From the IMG/VR virus record IMGVR_UViG_3300013947_000006, positions 1-58,032 of that record: a stretch of DNA of 58,032 nucleotides. One strand, 5' to 3'. Numbering within the stretch: position 1 is the first letter of the stretch; the number at the start of each line of letters is the position of its first letter. The notes under the pieces were generated by a model, which had not been told where the DNA came from, searched no databases, and saw only the letters and a list, made by a program, of their open reading frames with translations. Below, piece by piece: positions 16,122 to 26,826 of the stretch. The translations under genes were made by a program, and so were the position numbers. Origin of the DNA: a virus.

Positions 16122-19100
16122 ATGGCTAGCTTTGCAAATTTGACTGCAAACTTAAATCTTAATATTCAAAACTTTGCAAGCAACATGCGAAGAGCTTCTA
16201 GCTTAGCAAACCAGTTTTCTGCCAACCTTAGAGGTCAGATTAACGGAGGAATGGTGGAGCCTGCTAAGAAGTCTAAGTTTGAGTTCAAAGATGTAGCTCG
16301 TATCGTTCAAGGTATTATGATTTCTAAAGTGTTCTACGGAGGATTGAATGCTATTAGAAGTGCTACTGATGCAGTCTGGGAATTTAGCCAGGAACTTGAG
16401 TATGCAAAGATTGCTTACTCTAACTTATTTGGTGACACTGCCCTAGCTGACGAATTCATCAATGTACTTAAGGACTTTGCGGCTAAAACGCCGTTCTCTT
16501 TCCAAGAGTCTGAAGCTGCGGCTAAGCGATTACTAGCATATGGTATTCAGTACAAGAACGTCATGTATGTAATGAATGGTGTTCTTGCTGCTTCATCTAT
16601 GCAGGGTAATCCACAAACAATTGAGTCCGTTTCAAGAGCTCTCGGTCAGATTTACACTAAGGGTAAATTGATGAACGAGGAAATGAGGCAGTTAGCTGAA
16701 GCAGGTATTCCTGCTTATGAAATCTTGCAGGAAAAGTTAGGACTTACTCAGAAGCAATTATCTGAGATTGGTAAACTTAACATTCCAGCAAGCACTGCAA
16801 TCAATGCTCTTGTAGATGGTATGACAGAACGTTTTGGAGGTGTTGTAGATGCTTCCTCTAAAACGCTTAAGGGTATCATCAGTAATATCAAAGACAATGC
16901 CAGCATGCTCTTCGCTGGCGTATTCGAGCCTTTAACGGTGTGGCTTAAGTCCGCCTTAAATGCTCTTGGAGAGTTCTTGTATAAGATGCGAGAAATCTTC
17001 GAACTTAAGGGCGTTGGAGGTGTGTTTGAAGCACTCTTCCCACCTGAACTACATGAAACACTGAGAATGTTTGTAGCTAATCTTGGTAATCTATTCCAAG
17101 CAGTTGTTAGAGTAGCAGCTGCTCTTGGTGGCTTACTGAGACCGGTACTTGAAGCACTAATTAGAGTATTTAATGCTTTTGCGCCTATTCTTACGACAGT
17201 ACTTAATGTATTGTCTGTTATGGTATCTTGGATTACGCATAATGCAACGGCTATGAAAATCCTTACAGCTGCTCTTGCAGCAGCTGCGGCGATGTGGGTA
17301 GTCTTTAAGGTGAAGGCAATAGCTACGTCTGTAGTTGCTGGAGTTATTACGCTAATCTCCAAAGCGCTTGCCGGGTTATCTGCAATGCTTACCTTCGTCG
17401 CTGCACATCCGTTCTGGTCATTGCTTATTGCTCTTACAGGATTGGTTGTAGGTCTCTCTGGTGGCTTTGGAAAGTTAAGTAACGCAATCAGTGGTATGTT
17501 CAAGAAAGTAACAGCTATCAATGGTATGGACCCTGATAAGATACTGCTACCATCACAGAAGGAAAGAGCTAATGACTTAAACAAGTTTAATGAAGCTCTT
17601 GATACCACTAAAGATAACATGGACGACTTAGCAGACTCTACTGGTAAAGCTACTAAGGCCGCTAAAGGTCTGCTTTCATTTGATGAAGTATTCAAGCTCA
17701 ACCAGCCTGATGAAGGCACTAAGAAAGGAGCTAATTCTGATACTGGCTTTGACTTAAATATTCCAGATATGTCCGGTATAGATGCTAGTACGTTCATTCC
17801 GGAAGTACCAAGCTTTGAGGGCTTTGCAGACAACTTCGTAACAAAAATGACGAAAGCTCTTAAGGATAAATTTGCAGCGGCAGGTCTTGGAGCTATCCTT
17901 GGAGCTATCCTTGGAGGCCTTATAGGTGGCCCTCTTGGAGCGAAGATAGGAGCTGTTGCTGGGGCTATCGCTGGACTGCTCTGGAATGCTATAGCTGATA
18001 AGCTTGGCCTTGGTCCTGAAGAGAAAAAGAAAGCAGCCATTACAATGGGTATAGGCACTGCTCTTGGAGCGATTCTAGGAGGCATCCTTGGTGGTCCGGC
18101 TGGAGCAAAAATTGGGGCAGTCATTGGAACATTGGCAGGTGGTATTTGGGGACTGATTGCGCAAGCGCTTGGTGTCACAGACGCTCAGCAGTATGTATCT
18201 TTAGCTGGCGCAGCTTTTTCAGGTTTCTTTGCTGCAATCGCTAAGTACATTATGGGTAGCACTGTTGTAGAAACTCTCAATAGTGCAGGTGAGTATGTCT
18301 TTTCAGGATTTGCACATGCGGCTGGCAGCAGTCTAAAAGATTGCTTAAAGACAGGTGTTATCGGTGCTATTGTTAGCCTAGGTGTTGGCCTACTCTCTAA
18401 TGCCTTATCTGCTTGGCTTAAGACAGAATTTGACTTAACAGACCAAGATATAAAGAATGGCTCAGTAGGTCAGTCTATAGGTAACATAATCGGTTCTATC
18501 ACAGGACTCATCCTTGGAGGACCTATTGGCTCTATTGTAGGTGGAGCTCTTGGTCAACTTGCAGGTACTATTGTAGGCGACTTCTGGTCTTACTTGAGTA
18601 CTACCCTTAAGGGCTCCATCATAGGTGGTACAGCTGGTTTGCCTATAGGAGCTTTAATAGGTACTATCTGTGGCTCTATTGGAGGTCCTCTTGGTGCAGC
18701 GCTCGGTGCTGTAGTTGGAGCAGCCTTAGGAGGCTTAATAGGTCTTATAGTAGAGCATTGGGAGCCTATAAAAGAATGGTTTACAAGTGCTGGAGAGAGC
18801 ATTGCAAGCTTTTTCTCTGGACTAGGTAAAAAGTTCAGCGAAGCTGGTAAAAGCATTTCCGGATTTTTCTCTGGTGTACAGCAAACTTTATCCGGAGTAG
18901 TTGGGGGTATCACTGGTACTCTTAGCAGTGTCTGGACATCTATATCTACAAGCGTGTCTCAATGGTTTGCACCGATTGGACAGTTCTTTACAGATGTAGC
19001 CACAGGAGTTGCAACATTTGCTTCTGACTTATGGACAGGTATCACAACGGTCTTTAGTGACCTTGTCACTGCTATCGGAACATTTATGTCTGATATATGG

Positions 19101-20255
19101 ACGGCTATTACAACAGTATGGAATGATATTGTTACAGCTATCGGAACTGTGATGGGTGACATCTGGACGGCTATTACAACGGTATGGAATGATATTTCTA
19201 CTGCAGTATCTACTGTATGTACGACTATATGGACAACTATTTCTAACATCTTTGGGTTCATTAAGGACCTGATTGTTAAAGTTGTAACTGACATATGGAA
19301 CGCTATCGTTCAATGGTTCACGCCTATTGCAGAAGAGATTGGTAGAGTATGCTCCGAAGCTTGGACAGCAGTTTCTACTTGGTTCCAAAGTATTCTTACC
19401 ACTATAACAGAAAAAGTAACAGCTGCTTGGACAGCAGTTTCTACTTGGTTCCAGAGTATATGGACCACCATTTCAGAGAAGCTTTCCGGTGCATGGCAAA
19501 CTGTTACTAAGTTCTTTGGTGATATTCTTACCACTATCACAGGTAAGGTAAAGGAAGCTTGGACAGCTGTTTCTACTTGGTTCCAAAATATTTGGAATGT
19601 AATAAAAGAAAAGATTTCTGGAGCGTATAGCTCCGTTAAGTCTTACTTTGGAGACATTTACACATCCATTAAGACGAAGGTATCTGACTCTTACAATTCT
19701 GTAAAGACTTTCTTTGGTAACATGTATAGTACCATGAAAGAAAAGATTGGCAGCATGTATACCACAGTAAAGAATGGCATAAGTAACATCTACCATGCCT
19801 TTACAGGCTGGATTTCTGACCTGTGGAATAATGTGTTCGGCAAATTCTTTGGTTGGATAAATGATGGTATCACTAAGCTCAGAGAATTCTTTGGTCTTAA
19901 TGATAAAGCTAAGAGCACTGATACAAGCTACACAAGCAATAACAGTAGTAGTCCTAAAGCAGGTCACGCTACTGGTGGTGTTTTCAACAGAGAACACATT
20001 GCAAGATTTGCTGAGGGTAATAAAGCAGAAGCGGTTATTCCTCTTGAGAATGCCGGAGCAATGCAGCCCTTTGTAGATGCTGTTGCTAATGGTATCACTG
20101 CTAGCTTAATGCCTATTGTAGCTAATATCTCTGGTAATCAGGGACAGTTACAGCCACTATACGTTGGAACGTTAATTGCAGATGAAAGGAGCCTGAAAGA
20201 GCTTAACCGTAAGATGCAAGTTATTCAGCTTCAAGAGAATAAGAGGAGGGGTTAG
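16122..20255 (+). CDS. Tape measure protein
   Basis: 1377 aa, the longest ORF; glycine-zipper hydrophobic segments (GAILGGLIGGPLGAKIGAV repeated); ~11- and ~20-residue W/F-periodic repeats; follows G/GT. Confidence 0.92.
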   Translation: MASFANLTANLNLNIQNFASNMRRASSLANQFSANLRGQINGGMVEPAKKSKFEFKDVARIVQGIMISKVFYGGLNAIRSATDAVWEFSQELEYAKIAYSNLFGDTALADEFINVLKDFAAKTPFSFQESEAAAKRLLAYGIQYKNVMYVMNGVLAASSMQGNPQTIESVSRALGQIYTKGKLMNEEMRQLAEAGIPAYEILQEKLGLTQKQLSEIGKLNIPASTAINALVDGMTERFGGVVDASSKTLKGIISNIKDNASMLFAGVFEPLTVWLKSALNALGEFLYKMREIFELKGVGGVFEALFPPELHETLRMFVANLGNLFQAVVRVAAALGGLLRPVLEALIRVFNAFAPILTTVLNVLSVMVSWITHNATAMKILTAALAAAAAMWVVFKVKAIATSVVAGVITLISKALAGLSAMLTFVAAHPFWSLLIALTGLVVGLSGGFGKLSNAISGMFKKVTAINGMDPDKILLPSQKERANDLNKFNEALDTTKDNMDDLADSTGKATKAAKGLLSFDEVFKLNQPDEGTKKGANSDTGFDLNIPDMSGIDASTFIPEVPSFEGFADNFVTKMTKALKDKFAAAGLGAILGAILGGLIGGPLGAKIGAVAGAIAGLLWNAIADKLGLGPEEKKKAAITMGIGTALGAILGGILGGPAGAKIGAVIGTLAGGIWGLIAQALGVTDAQQYVSLAGAAFSGFFAAIAKYIMGSTVVETLNSAGEYVFSGFAHAAGSSLKDCLKTGVIGAIVSLGVGLLSNALSAWLKTEFDLTDQDIKNGSVGQSIGNIIGSITGLILGGPIGSIVGGALGQLAGTIVGDFWSYLSTTLKGSIIGGTAGLPIGALIGTICGSIGGPLGAALGAVVGAALGGLIGLIVEHWEPIKEWFTSAGESIASFFSGLGKKFSEAGKSISGFFSGVQQTLSGVVGGITGTLSSVWTSISTSVSQWFAPIGQFFTDVATGVATFASDLWTGITTVFSDLVTAIGTFMSDIWTAITTVWNDIVTAIGTVMGDIWTAITTVWNDISTAVSTVCTTIWTTISNIFGFIKDLIVKVVTDIWNAIVQWFTPIAEEIGRVCSEAWTAVSTWFQSILTTITEKVTAAWTAVSTWFQSIWTTISEKLSGAWQTVTKFFGDILTTITGKVKEAWTAVSTWFQNIWNVIKEKISGAYSSVKSYFGDIYTSIKTKVSDSYNSVKTFFGNMYSTMKEKIGSMYTTVKNGISNIYHAFTGWISDLWNNVFGKFFGWINDGITKLREFFGLNDKAKSTDTSYTSNNSSSPKAGHATGGVFNREHIARFAEGNKAEAVIPLENAGAMQPFVDAVANGITASLMPIVANISGNQGQLQPLYVGTLIADERSLKELNRKMQVIQLQENKRRG

Positions 20256-20257
20256 TA

Positions 20258-20617
20258 ATGGCTAGTAATTTCACTGTGAACGGGAGGGCTATTAAGAACC
20301 CCTCCTCGTTCAAAATAGAAAGATATAATGTTACCAATATGGAGCGTCTTGCAGATGCTAAAATGGTTGGTGACTTAATTGCTAAAAAGCGAAAGTTCTA
20401 CTTTACTTATGATGCTATTTCTGGTGATGACTTAGACAATATTCTAGAAGCAGTTTGGGAAACAAAATCGTTATTCTTTCCCCTTAAGTATAAGGAGAAT
20501 GGTACGGATAAGTCTGCTACTGTGTATGTAGGTTCTATACCAACTGAATTGCATAAAGCAGGCAAGACCACAAACTGGGTTTGGAAGAACGTAACTTTCA
20601 ACCTAATCGAGCAGTAA
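20258..20617 (+). CDS. Distal tail region protein (119 aa, positional)
   Basis: Immediately after tape measure. Confidence 0.5.
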   Translation: MASNFTVNGRAIKNPSSFKIERYNVTNMERLADAKMVGDLIAKKRKFYFTYDAISGDDLDNILEAVWETKSLFFPLKYKENGTDKSATVYVGSIPTELHKAGKTTNWVWKNVTFNLIEQ

Positions 20618-20629
20618 AGGAGGTGCCAC

Positions 20630-21985
20630 ATGGCAGATACAATCGTACGTGATGCTACAGACGAAGATTTCAATGCGCATAGTAGATGCATTCTGCTAAA
20701 GCTTGACATCTTCTTTGATGGCTTACAGAATGAACCATTGACGGTTACTAGAAGTGACTACCTGATAGACGCTGAGCTTCTTGAGGAAGCGGGTGCTGAG
20801 GACAATAATCCGCTTGGAGCTATTTCAGCTAACGAGCTGGCGTTTAGCCTGTATAATGATAATGGTATATTCAGCCCAACCAATCCTGAAAGCCCTTATT
20901 ATGGTAAGATAAAAACAAATGTTCCAATCATACCATATATGAAGCCAGACCTTGATGATGAGACTGAAGATGTCAATTGGATAAAGATGGGCATATACTA
21001 CGTTTCAGACTGGAATGCCACCGTAACAGGCGCCGCCGCTTCTATTACGGCGGACGATAAATTGCAGCAGGTATTCTTAGAGCCTGCTCCTGTAATTCCT
21101 GTAGGTCTTAATAAGACCCAGGAGGATTTCTTTCAGGAAGTGTTTGATGCACTAGGCTATGCTGTCACAGTGTCACATGAGCTAAATGCTAGACTTCTGT
21201 ATACATTTACGGAGGGTGAACAGAAAGAGTATCTACAAGAGATGCTTCAAGGTGCAATAGCTTATTGTCTTTGTAATAAGAATGGAGATATTATCATTGA
21301 GCCACTTGATGGTAGTAAGCCTTTAAGGGCTACTATTACAGACGGTGACCAGATTATAAGTGTAGATGCAAAACAGTCTATCATTAAGACGTATGGAGGC
21401 GTTGAGCTTACATACGTTTTGCCACAGTTAACAGAAGCAATACAGTTATTACAGATTAAAGAAGCTAATGTGCCAGCTGGTGTATTTACGCACAACAAGG
21501 TTGCATTTAGTAAAGGGCCTGCTAAAACGGTTACGAATGTGTATGCCCTTACTGAGAACAAAGAGGTTACCATTGTAGATTACGTCAATTCTCCATGGGA
21601 TATAACTCTTGTAACCAGAAATGAAAGTACACAAACTACTTCGGACCTTGCAGTGTATGGTATAGCTGTTGACTTTGTGCAGTCTATCCTCACAGATAAT
21701 GCTTCGAATGTTCTGAAGGTTACGAACAGGTATGTTCAGACTACGGACTATGCAAAACAGTATAAAGCAATGCTTGAAGCATTTGTTAATAGTGATATGC
21801 CTACTTTAACTTTACAGGTTAGAGGAAACCCGTTACTTAGCATAGGTGATAAGATACGCGTGCAGAGTACTAACTACAATCTTGACTTTACAGGTATACT
21901 GCAGAGAATAAAGTACAACTATGTAGGTTCTTTGTCATGTGAAATAACGCTACTTAATTCAGAGATATTGGAGGTGAACAGATAA
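20630..21985 (+). CDS. Tail/baseplate protein (451 aa, positional)
   Basis: AAGGAGG RBS; second gene after tape measure. Confidence 0.55.
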   Translation: MADTIVRDATDEDFNAHSRCILLKLDIFFDGLQNEPLTVTRSDYLIDAELLEEAGAEDNNPLGAISANELAFSLYNDNGIFSPTNPESPYYGKIKTNVPIIPYMKPDLDDETEDVNWIKMGIYYVSDWNATVTGAAASITADDKLQQVFLEPAPVIPVGLNKTQEDFFQEVFDALGYAVTVSHELNARLLYTFTEGEQKEYLQEMLQGAIAYCLCNKNGDIIIEPLDGSKPLRATITDGDQIISVDAKQSIIKTYGGVELTYVLPQLTEAIQLLQIKEANVPAGVFTHNKVAFSKGPAKTVTNVYALTENKEVTIVDYVNSPWDITLVTRNESTQTTSDLAVYGIAVDFVQSILTDNASNVLKVTNRYVQTTDYAKQYKAMLEAFVNSDMPTLTLQVRGNPLLSIGDKIRVQSTNYNLDFTGILQRIKYNYVGSLSCEITLLNSEILEVNR

Positions 21986-24900
21986 TGGAATATTTAGCTA
22001 ATGTCCTTCCTGTGGACCCTAAGTCCTGGACCTTAAGTAAAGCTACTATGACTAAAGACTTGATTAAGCTTGAAGCGAATGGAACAGCCTCTACAACCTT
22101 AACACATGACCAAGTTCAGTTCACTCCTAAAGCCTTTAAGGTAACTGTTAAATTTACAGGTGAGTTCGACGAATTTTCACCCGCTGCTTTTGCAAAGTTA
22201 CTGATTAAAGACAAAGATAAGAAGTACCAAGTTTTTACAGCACCTTTCCAAGTAACAAGCAAAACGTCTACTTCCTACTTTATGCAGGCGGAGCTCATTA
22301 CTAATGTTGCAGACTTTGATACGCTAATCTTTCAGTTTAATACTGAAGAGTACGTGGAAATCTTAGAATGGAAATTGTATCCTAGCTCAGACGTTGATAA
22401 AAATACGCTTAATACTCTTGAGTCTTTGTTGCCACAATTCTTGTCTACATTTAATGAGAATGCAATTACAATCGGTACCAGCGAGACTGAAATTGTAAAC
22501 TTACCTTTTGCAATGGGTGAAGCTGGAAACCTTTCTTGTCATTTACTTTTCAGTTATGTAGTTGAGACTTCGTGTAGAATGATTGTAACTATTAAGGTAG
22601 ATGGCTCGCCGGAGCCGTACGCTCCTATAGTTCTACAAGCCCAGGAGGGGCCGGGCTTTGTAGGTATTCCGCATTCTTTCTTACAGGTACAGGCCGCTGC
22701 ACACCTAGTATCAGTAACTGTCAGACTTGAAGCGTATGAGAGCACTCCGAGCCTTAATGTATCGGGCTCTGTATCACTTCCGGTTAGCGGAACATTCACA
22801 GGTAAGACAAGTACCTCTGAAGATATAAGTGGCGAGTTATCAGGTACTGCATCAGGCAAGGTAAATCTTGCCGCATCCTTACCGATTGACGGAAAACTTA
22901 AGGCATCTATTCAAGCAAAGGCTGTGAGATACACCTGTGAAGGTCGAGGTATTCTTAATGGCCAGGGTGGTGAGTATCCTCATGCTGAGGTGTCTGAAAC
23001 GTATGAAGATTATCCGACTCTTAAGCTTGGACTCATTCAGTGTAGCACGACTTGTGAAGTTACCACTAGTGGGTATACCAACATCGATAACATTGAGAGG
23101 TACACTTATCCAGGTGTGGATATTGAAGAGCTTGGTTATACTGCGGATATTCCTATTGCAGACGTCAAAGCATTTGGAGCTACTGAGTACTGGACATACA
23201 ATTCTTCAAAGGCAGAAGCAATACACATTACAGGCAATCTGTCTCTTACCAGCACTGATCTTACTTTTGAAAACGGTGTAGGTGAAGGTATTGTCACATA
23301 TGATGCACTTTATCCTACTGAGAACTATGAACCACTGATAAACAGTGTAGAAGCTAACGTATCTGGTACACCTAACATGAAGGTTGCTTTCAGTACGGAT
23401 GGTTCTAGCTGGTTTACAGTAGACGAGAATAAGGAATGGCAGCCTATTGAACTTACTGTGTCTGTTATGAGTCAGAGAGGTATAAGTCTTACTCAGCTGG
23501 CTACGCTAAATAGTGATACATTCAAGAAGCTCTTTGAGCGCGGCGGCGCTAGTAAACTTACCATAGCGGTTTATATGGTTTCGTCCATTCAGCAAACGTC
23601 CTTCACTCTAAACAGCTTTGTAGTTTATTACAGCACGGATGAGTCTAACCTTCCACTCAACGCTCCGCTGCTTACATTTGCTATTGCAGAAGACAGTAGG
23701 GCTAGAGTGCACTGGCAACCACCTGCTGGTCAACCGAGAGCTGTAAAGGTGTACTATGGAAATAGTGTAGATTTTGGCCAGTCAGTGCAGTCAGATGTTG
23801 GTGCAACATTCTGCGAGGTACCCGACTTAGATAATAGAATGAAGTATTACTTCGCCGCTGCTACACTCGGTTATGGCAGAGAAAGTGAAAAGTCTAATGT
23901 GCTTAGCGCAATACCTACAACGCCCGTTCCTCGCTTCTTGCTGTGTGAAGCAGGCATCAGTAAGATTACTCTTCAATGGCAAGTTGTAGGTGCTGTGTAT
24001 GACTCCTATAATGTGTATCTTGGTACGTCTGAGGATAACCTGCAACTGCTTAGCAACACTGAGGAGATGCAGGCAGTGCTTGAAAATCTACCGAATAATG
24101 TAGAGTACTTTGTAGCTCTCACAGGAGTCAAAGCTAGTGAGGAAAGCTGGTTTTCTGAAGTTCGCTCTGCTAGACCACTGCTTCCTGTACTCAGCATCTC
24201 TGATGTGACCACTGGACAAACGTCTGTCATGATGATTATCAACTTGCCTGACAGGTATGCAGACTATGAAGGCTTTGTCAAGTACAGAGTTTATTATGGT
24301 ACTGCCCCAGAGCACTTAACAGAATATATAGAGGTGACAGAGAGAGACGTATCTGTCACAAATCTGGTGACCGATACGCAGTATTACTTCTATGCTACTG
24401 GATGTACTGCAACAGAGGAAAGCACGCCTAGTGAGGTTGTGTCGGCTGCAACAGATAGTAGCTTGAAGTTTACAACACTTGGCCACACAGGCAGAGATAA
24501 GCCTGTGCAAGCTGATGCAGATGCTCAGTATGAGCAGATTGTTGAAGTTACCAATGGTATTCAGAGATACATCGTCCCTGAAACTGGTAAGTATAAGATT
24601 GTAGCTATCGGTGCTGCCGGTGGTAAAGGTGGTGGTTCTAATGCTAACTGCATGGGAGGCTTTGGTGCTATCATCGGTGGTGAGTTTGACCTAGCAGCCA
24701 ATGATGAACTTTACTTGTTAGTTGGTCAGAAAGGTACAGATAATCCTCAGACATCTGGTGATGCTACGACAGGTGGCGGAGGTGGTATGTCTGTAGTAGC
24801 CGTCAAGGATGATACTCAAACAGATATGTTGTTTGGTACAATTCCTGTAAAGCCTCTAGTAGTTGCTGGTGCTGGTAACGGGGGTGGCGATGCTGCTTAC

Positions 24901-25269
24901 TCTGGTACGCCTGGTGATAATGCGTTACTTGATGAAGGTAATAGTGATGCATTCTTATCTAATGATTACTCTGGTGGTGGTTACAGACAATATAGGAACA
25001 ATTCTTACTGCGGTAAATCGTTCCTTGTAGGTGGCGACGCTGCATCTTACTACTATACACGTGGCGGCAACGGCTCCTATGCTGGCTTTGGTGGAGGTGG
25101 TTCCAACAAAGATGATGGTGATGGGGGCGGCGGAGGCGGCTACCGTGGTGGCGTGCTTGGTTCACATGGTGGTAGTTCCTACAACGCCGGTGAAAATAAA
25201 ACTGCTGAGCTCAGTACTGAGCGAACAGATGGACTGATTAAAATTAAGAAGATTGGAGGAACTGAATAA
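21985..25269 (+). CDS. Tail fibre/receptor-binding protein with FN3-like repeats and C-terminal glycine-rich domain
   Basis: 1094 aa; three ~85-aa FN3-like repeats (about nt 23710-24430); C-terminal GAAGGKGGGS...TGGGGGMS...AGAGNGGGD...GGGGGGYRGG module. Confidence 0.75.
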   Translation: MEYLANVLPVDPKSWTLSKATMTKDLIKLEANGTASTTLTHDQVQFTPKAFKVTVKFTGEFDEFSPAAFAKLLIKDKDKKYQVFTAPFQVTSKTSTSYFMQAELITNVADFDTLIFQFNTEEYVEILEWKLYPSSDVDKNTLNTLESLLPQFLSTFNENAITIGTSETEIVNLPFAMGEAGNLSCHLLFSYVVETSCRMIVTIKVDGSPEPYAPIVLQAQEGPGFVGIPHSFLQVQAAAHLVSVTVRLEAYESTPSLNVSGSVSLPVSGTFTGKTSTSEDISGELSGTASGKVNLAASLPIDGKLKASIQAKAVRYTCEGRGILNGQGGEYPHAEVSETYEDYPTLKLGLIQCSTTCEVTTSGYTNIDNIERYTYPGVDIEELGYTADIPIADVKAFGATEYWTYNSSKAEAIHITGNLSLTSTDLTFENGVGEGIVTYDALYPTENYEPLINSVEANVSGTPNMKVAFSTDGSSWFTVDENKEWQPIELTVSVMSQRGISLTQLATLNSDTFKKLFERGGASKLTIAVYMVSSIQQTSFTLNSFVVYYSTDESNLPLNAPLLTFAIAEDSRARVHWQPPAGQPRAVKVYYGNSVDFGQSVQSDVGATFCEVPDLDNRMKYYFAAATLGYGRESEKSNVLSAIPTTPVPRFLLCEAGISKITLQWQVVGAVYDSYNVYLGTSEDNLQLLSNTEEMQAVLENLPNNVEYFVALTGVKASEESWFSEVRSARPLLPVLSISDVTTGQTSVMMIINLPDRYADYEGFVKYRVYYGTAPEHLTEYIEVTERDVSVTNLVTDTQYYFYATGCTATEESTPSEVVSAATDSSLKFTTLGHTGRDKPVQADADAQYEQIVEVTNGIQRYIVPETGKYKIVAIGAAGGKGGGSNANCMGGFGAIIGGEFDLAANDELYLLVGQKGTDNPQTSGDATTGGGGGMSVVAVKDDTQTDMLFGTIPVKPLVVAGAGNGGGDAAYSGTPGDNALLDEGNSDAFLSNDYSGGGYRQYRNNSYCGKSFLVGGDAASYYYTRGGNGSYAGFGGGGSNKDDGDGGGGGGYRGGVLGSHGGSSYNAGENKTAELSTERTDGLIKIKKIGGTE

Positions 25270-26807
25270 TGAAAAATATGAGACAGGTCATAAAGACTAA
25301 TCATAACTTTGTTACAGGTGAGCACTACGAGCAGAGAGTGCTCAAGCCTGTACAGGCTTCACACAACCGTGTGACAATTCAACTCTGCGACGCAGTGTCA
25401 GGAAAGGTTGTAGAAGAAGCTACTACAGAGAATGCTATTACGCCATTTTTGGAAAGTAGCGCGTACGGCTCTATCGCTTATCAGCTTAACAGTGGAGACC
25501 TTAATGGAGGCTGCTCTTATCCATCCTTTGCATCTATCGTACTGAGCGATAGTGATATTGGAGAGCTTGAAGATTTGTACTTCATTCATGGAAATGTTGT
25601 AGGTATGTGTAATAGAAATGATACAAACGGAGCAGGGAAGAGTAAATATCGTGGTACATACAACGCTTCTGAAAGTTACTCAAAGATTGAAGATAATGGG
25701 TATAAGCATATTCACCTTGTGTATGACTGGCCTACATCAGCTGGTAATGGCAAAATTCAAAATATTTACTGGATGCCTGTATCTGTTGAATATTATGATG
25801 TAGACTCTTCGTACTATCCGCGCTTCGTAGCTGCCCTTCAAGCCTTTAATGGGACCTATAACAAATTCTCGAACTTAACTTTTGATAAAAGAGGTAATGC
25901 ATATCAAGTAAAAGACAGTAAATACTATAAGGTACTTAACTTTATCAAAGCCATAAATGGCGTAGGAGACCTTAAGACTGAAACTGACGAAAGCTTTCAT
26001 AACAACTATGAAGTTAATGGATGCTACTATACATTTAGTTCTTCATATGCAAATGCGGGTAAAAGTAACTTTTCTATGACGTTAACTATCAATAAACACG
26101 ATACAACAGGTGCTATCATTGATACTTGGACTGAAGACCTAATTACCAGTGCACCACAGCTAGTAGAACTGCGTAATAACAGCAAACTTGGAGCACGTAC
26201 TACACCTAGCGCCTACGCCAGAGCATACTGTGATGATGATGGTTGGGTGGGCATTCAAGTAACTTATAGCGGGGAAACCTCATCATCTATTTTCCCTGCT
26301 AGAAATAGTCAAGGTGAGTTAGACCAGAATAAATCTTATTATGCTACGGTGTATTCTATGTATAATGTACTCACTAAGCAATGGCTGCATGTGCCTAACC
26401 CTTGGGATGTTTGGTGTACGTATGAACACTACACAAACAACACAGTGCTAAGAAAGATTGACAACAGACACTTATGCCGTAATGGCTACTTTATAACGAT
26501 AGATACTAGTGAGTCAGAAGTGCATAGTGCGAGCTATTCTTCCTCATTTGTAAGTAGCATAGGGTACAGATCAGAGTATAGTCCGTATGGCTATCCTACT
26601 AAATTTCATGCTTCTCTGCCTATAGCCACTGGCAACTATAATAATAGCATATACGTACTTGCAATAAGACCTATATCAGCTCAGACGCGCCTCGCAGCAC
26701 CTATCACAAAGACAACGCTGAATACCATGAAAATTCAGTATGACTTCTTCTTTAAGATACCTCTTCCTTACATGCCACCTGAGCATGTTTGGGACTTGTA
26801 TAAATAA
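25269..26807 (+). CDS. Tail-associated protein (512 aa; possible second receptor-binding protein)
   Basis: ATAATG coupling to the fibre gene; last structural gene before the lysis cassette. Confidence 0.5.
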   Translation: MKNMRQVIKTNHNFVTGEHYEQRVLKPVQASHNRVTIQLCDAVSGKVVEEATTENAITPFLESSAYGSIAYQLNSGDLNGGCSYPSFASIVLSDSDIGELEDLYFIHGNVVGMCNRNDTNGAGKSKYRGTYNASESYSKIEDNGYKHIHLVYDWPTSAGNGKIQNIYWMPVSVEYYDVDSSYYPRFVAALQAFNGTYNKFSNLTFDKRGNAYQVKDSKYYKVLNFIKAINGVGDLKTETDESFHNNYEVNGCYYTFSSSYANAGKSNFSMTLTINKHDTTGAIIDTWTEDLITSAPQLVELRNNSKLGARTTPSAYARAYCDDDGWVGIQVTYSGETSSSIFPARNSQGELDQNKSYYATVYSMYNVLTKQWLHVPNPWDVWCTYEHYTNNTVLRKIDNRHLCRNGYFITIDTSESEVHSASYSSSFVSSIGYRSEYSPYGYPTKFHASLPIATGNYNNSIYVLAIRPISAQTRLAAPITKTTLNTMKIQYDFFFKIPLPYMPPEHVWDLYK

Positions 26808-26826
26808 GCAGAAAGGAGGTACCTAT

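Noticed and set aside
16748-18178. 476-aa minus-strand ORF antisense to the tape measure gene (also 18590..18913, 18959..19540 and 19473..19997 antisense ORFs)
   Set aside because: This is a mirror-frame artefact of the Gly/Ala/Ile-rich TMP codons and gives Pro/Ala-rich nonsense. It lies entirely within a well-supported gene and has no RBS.
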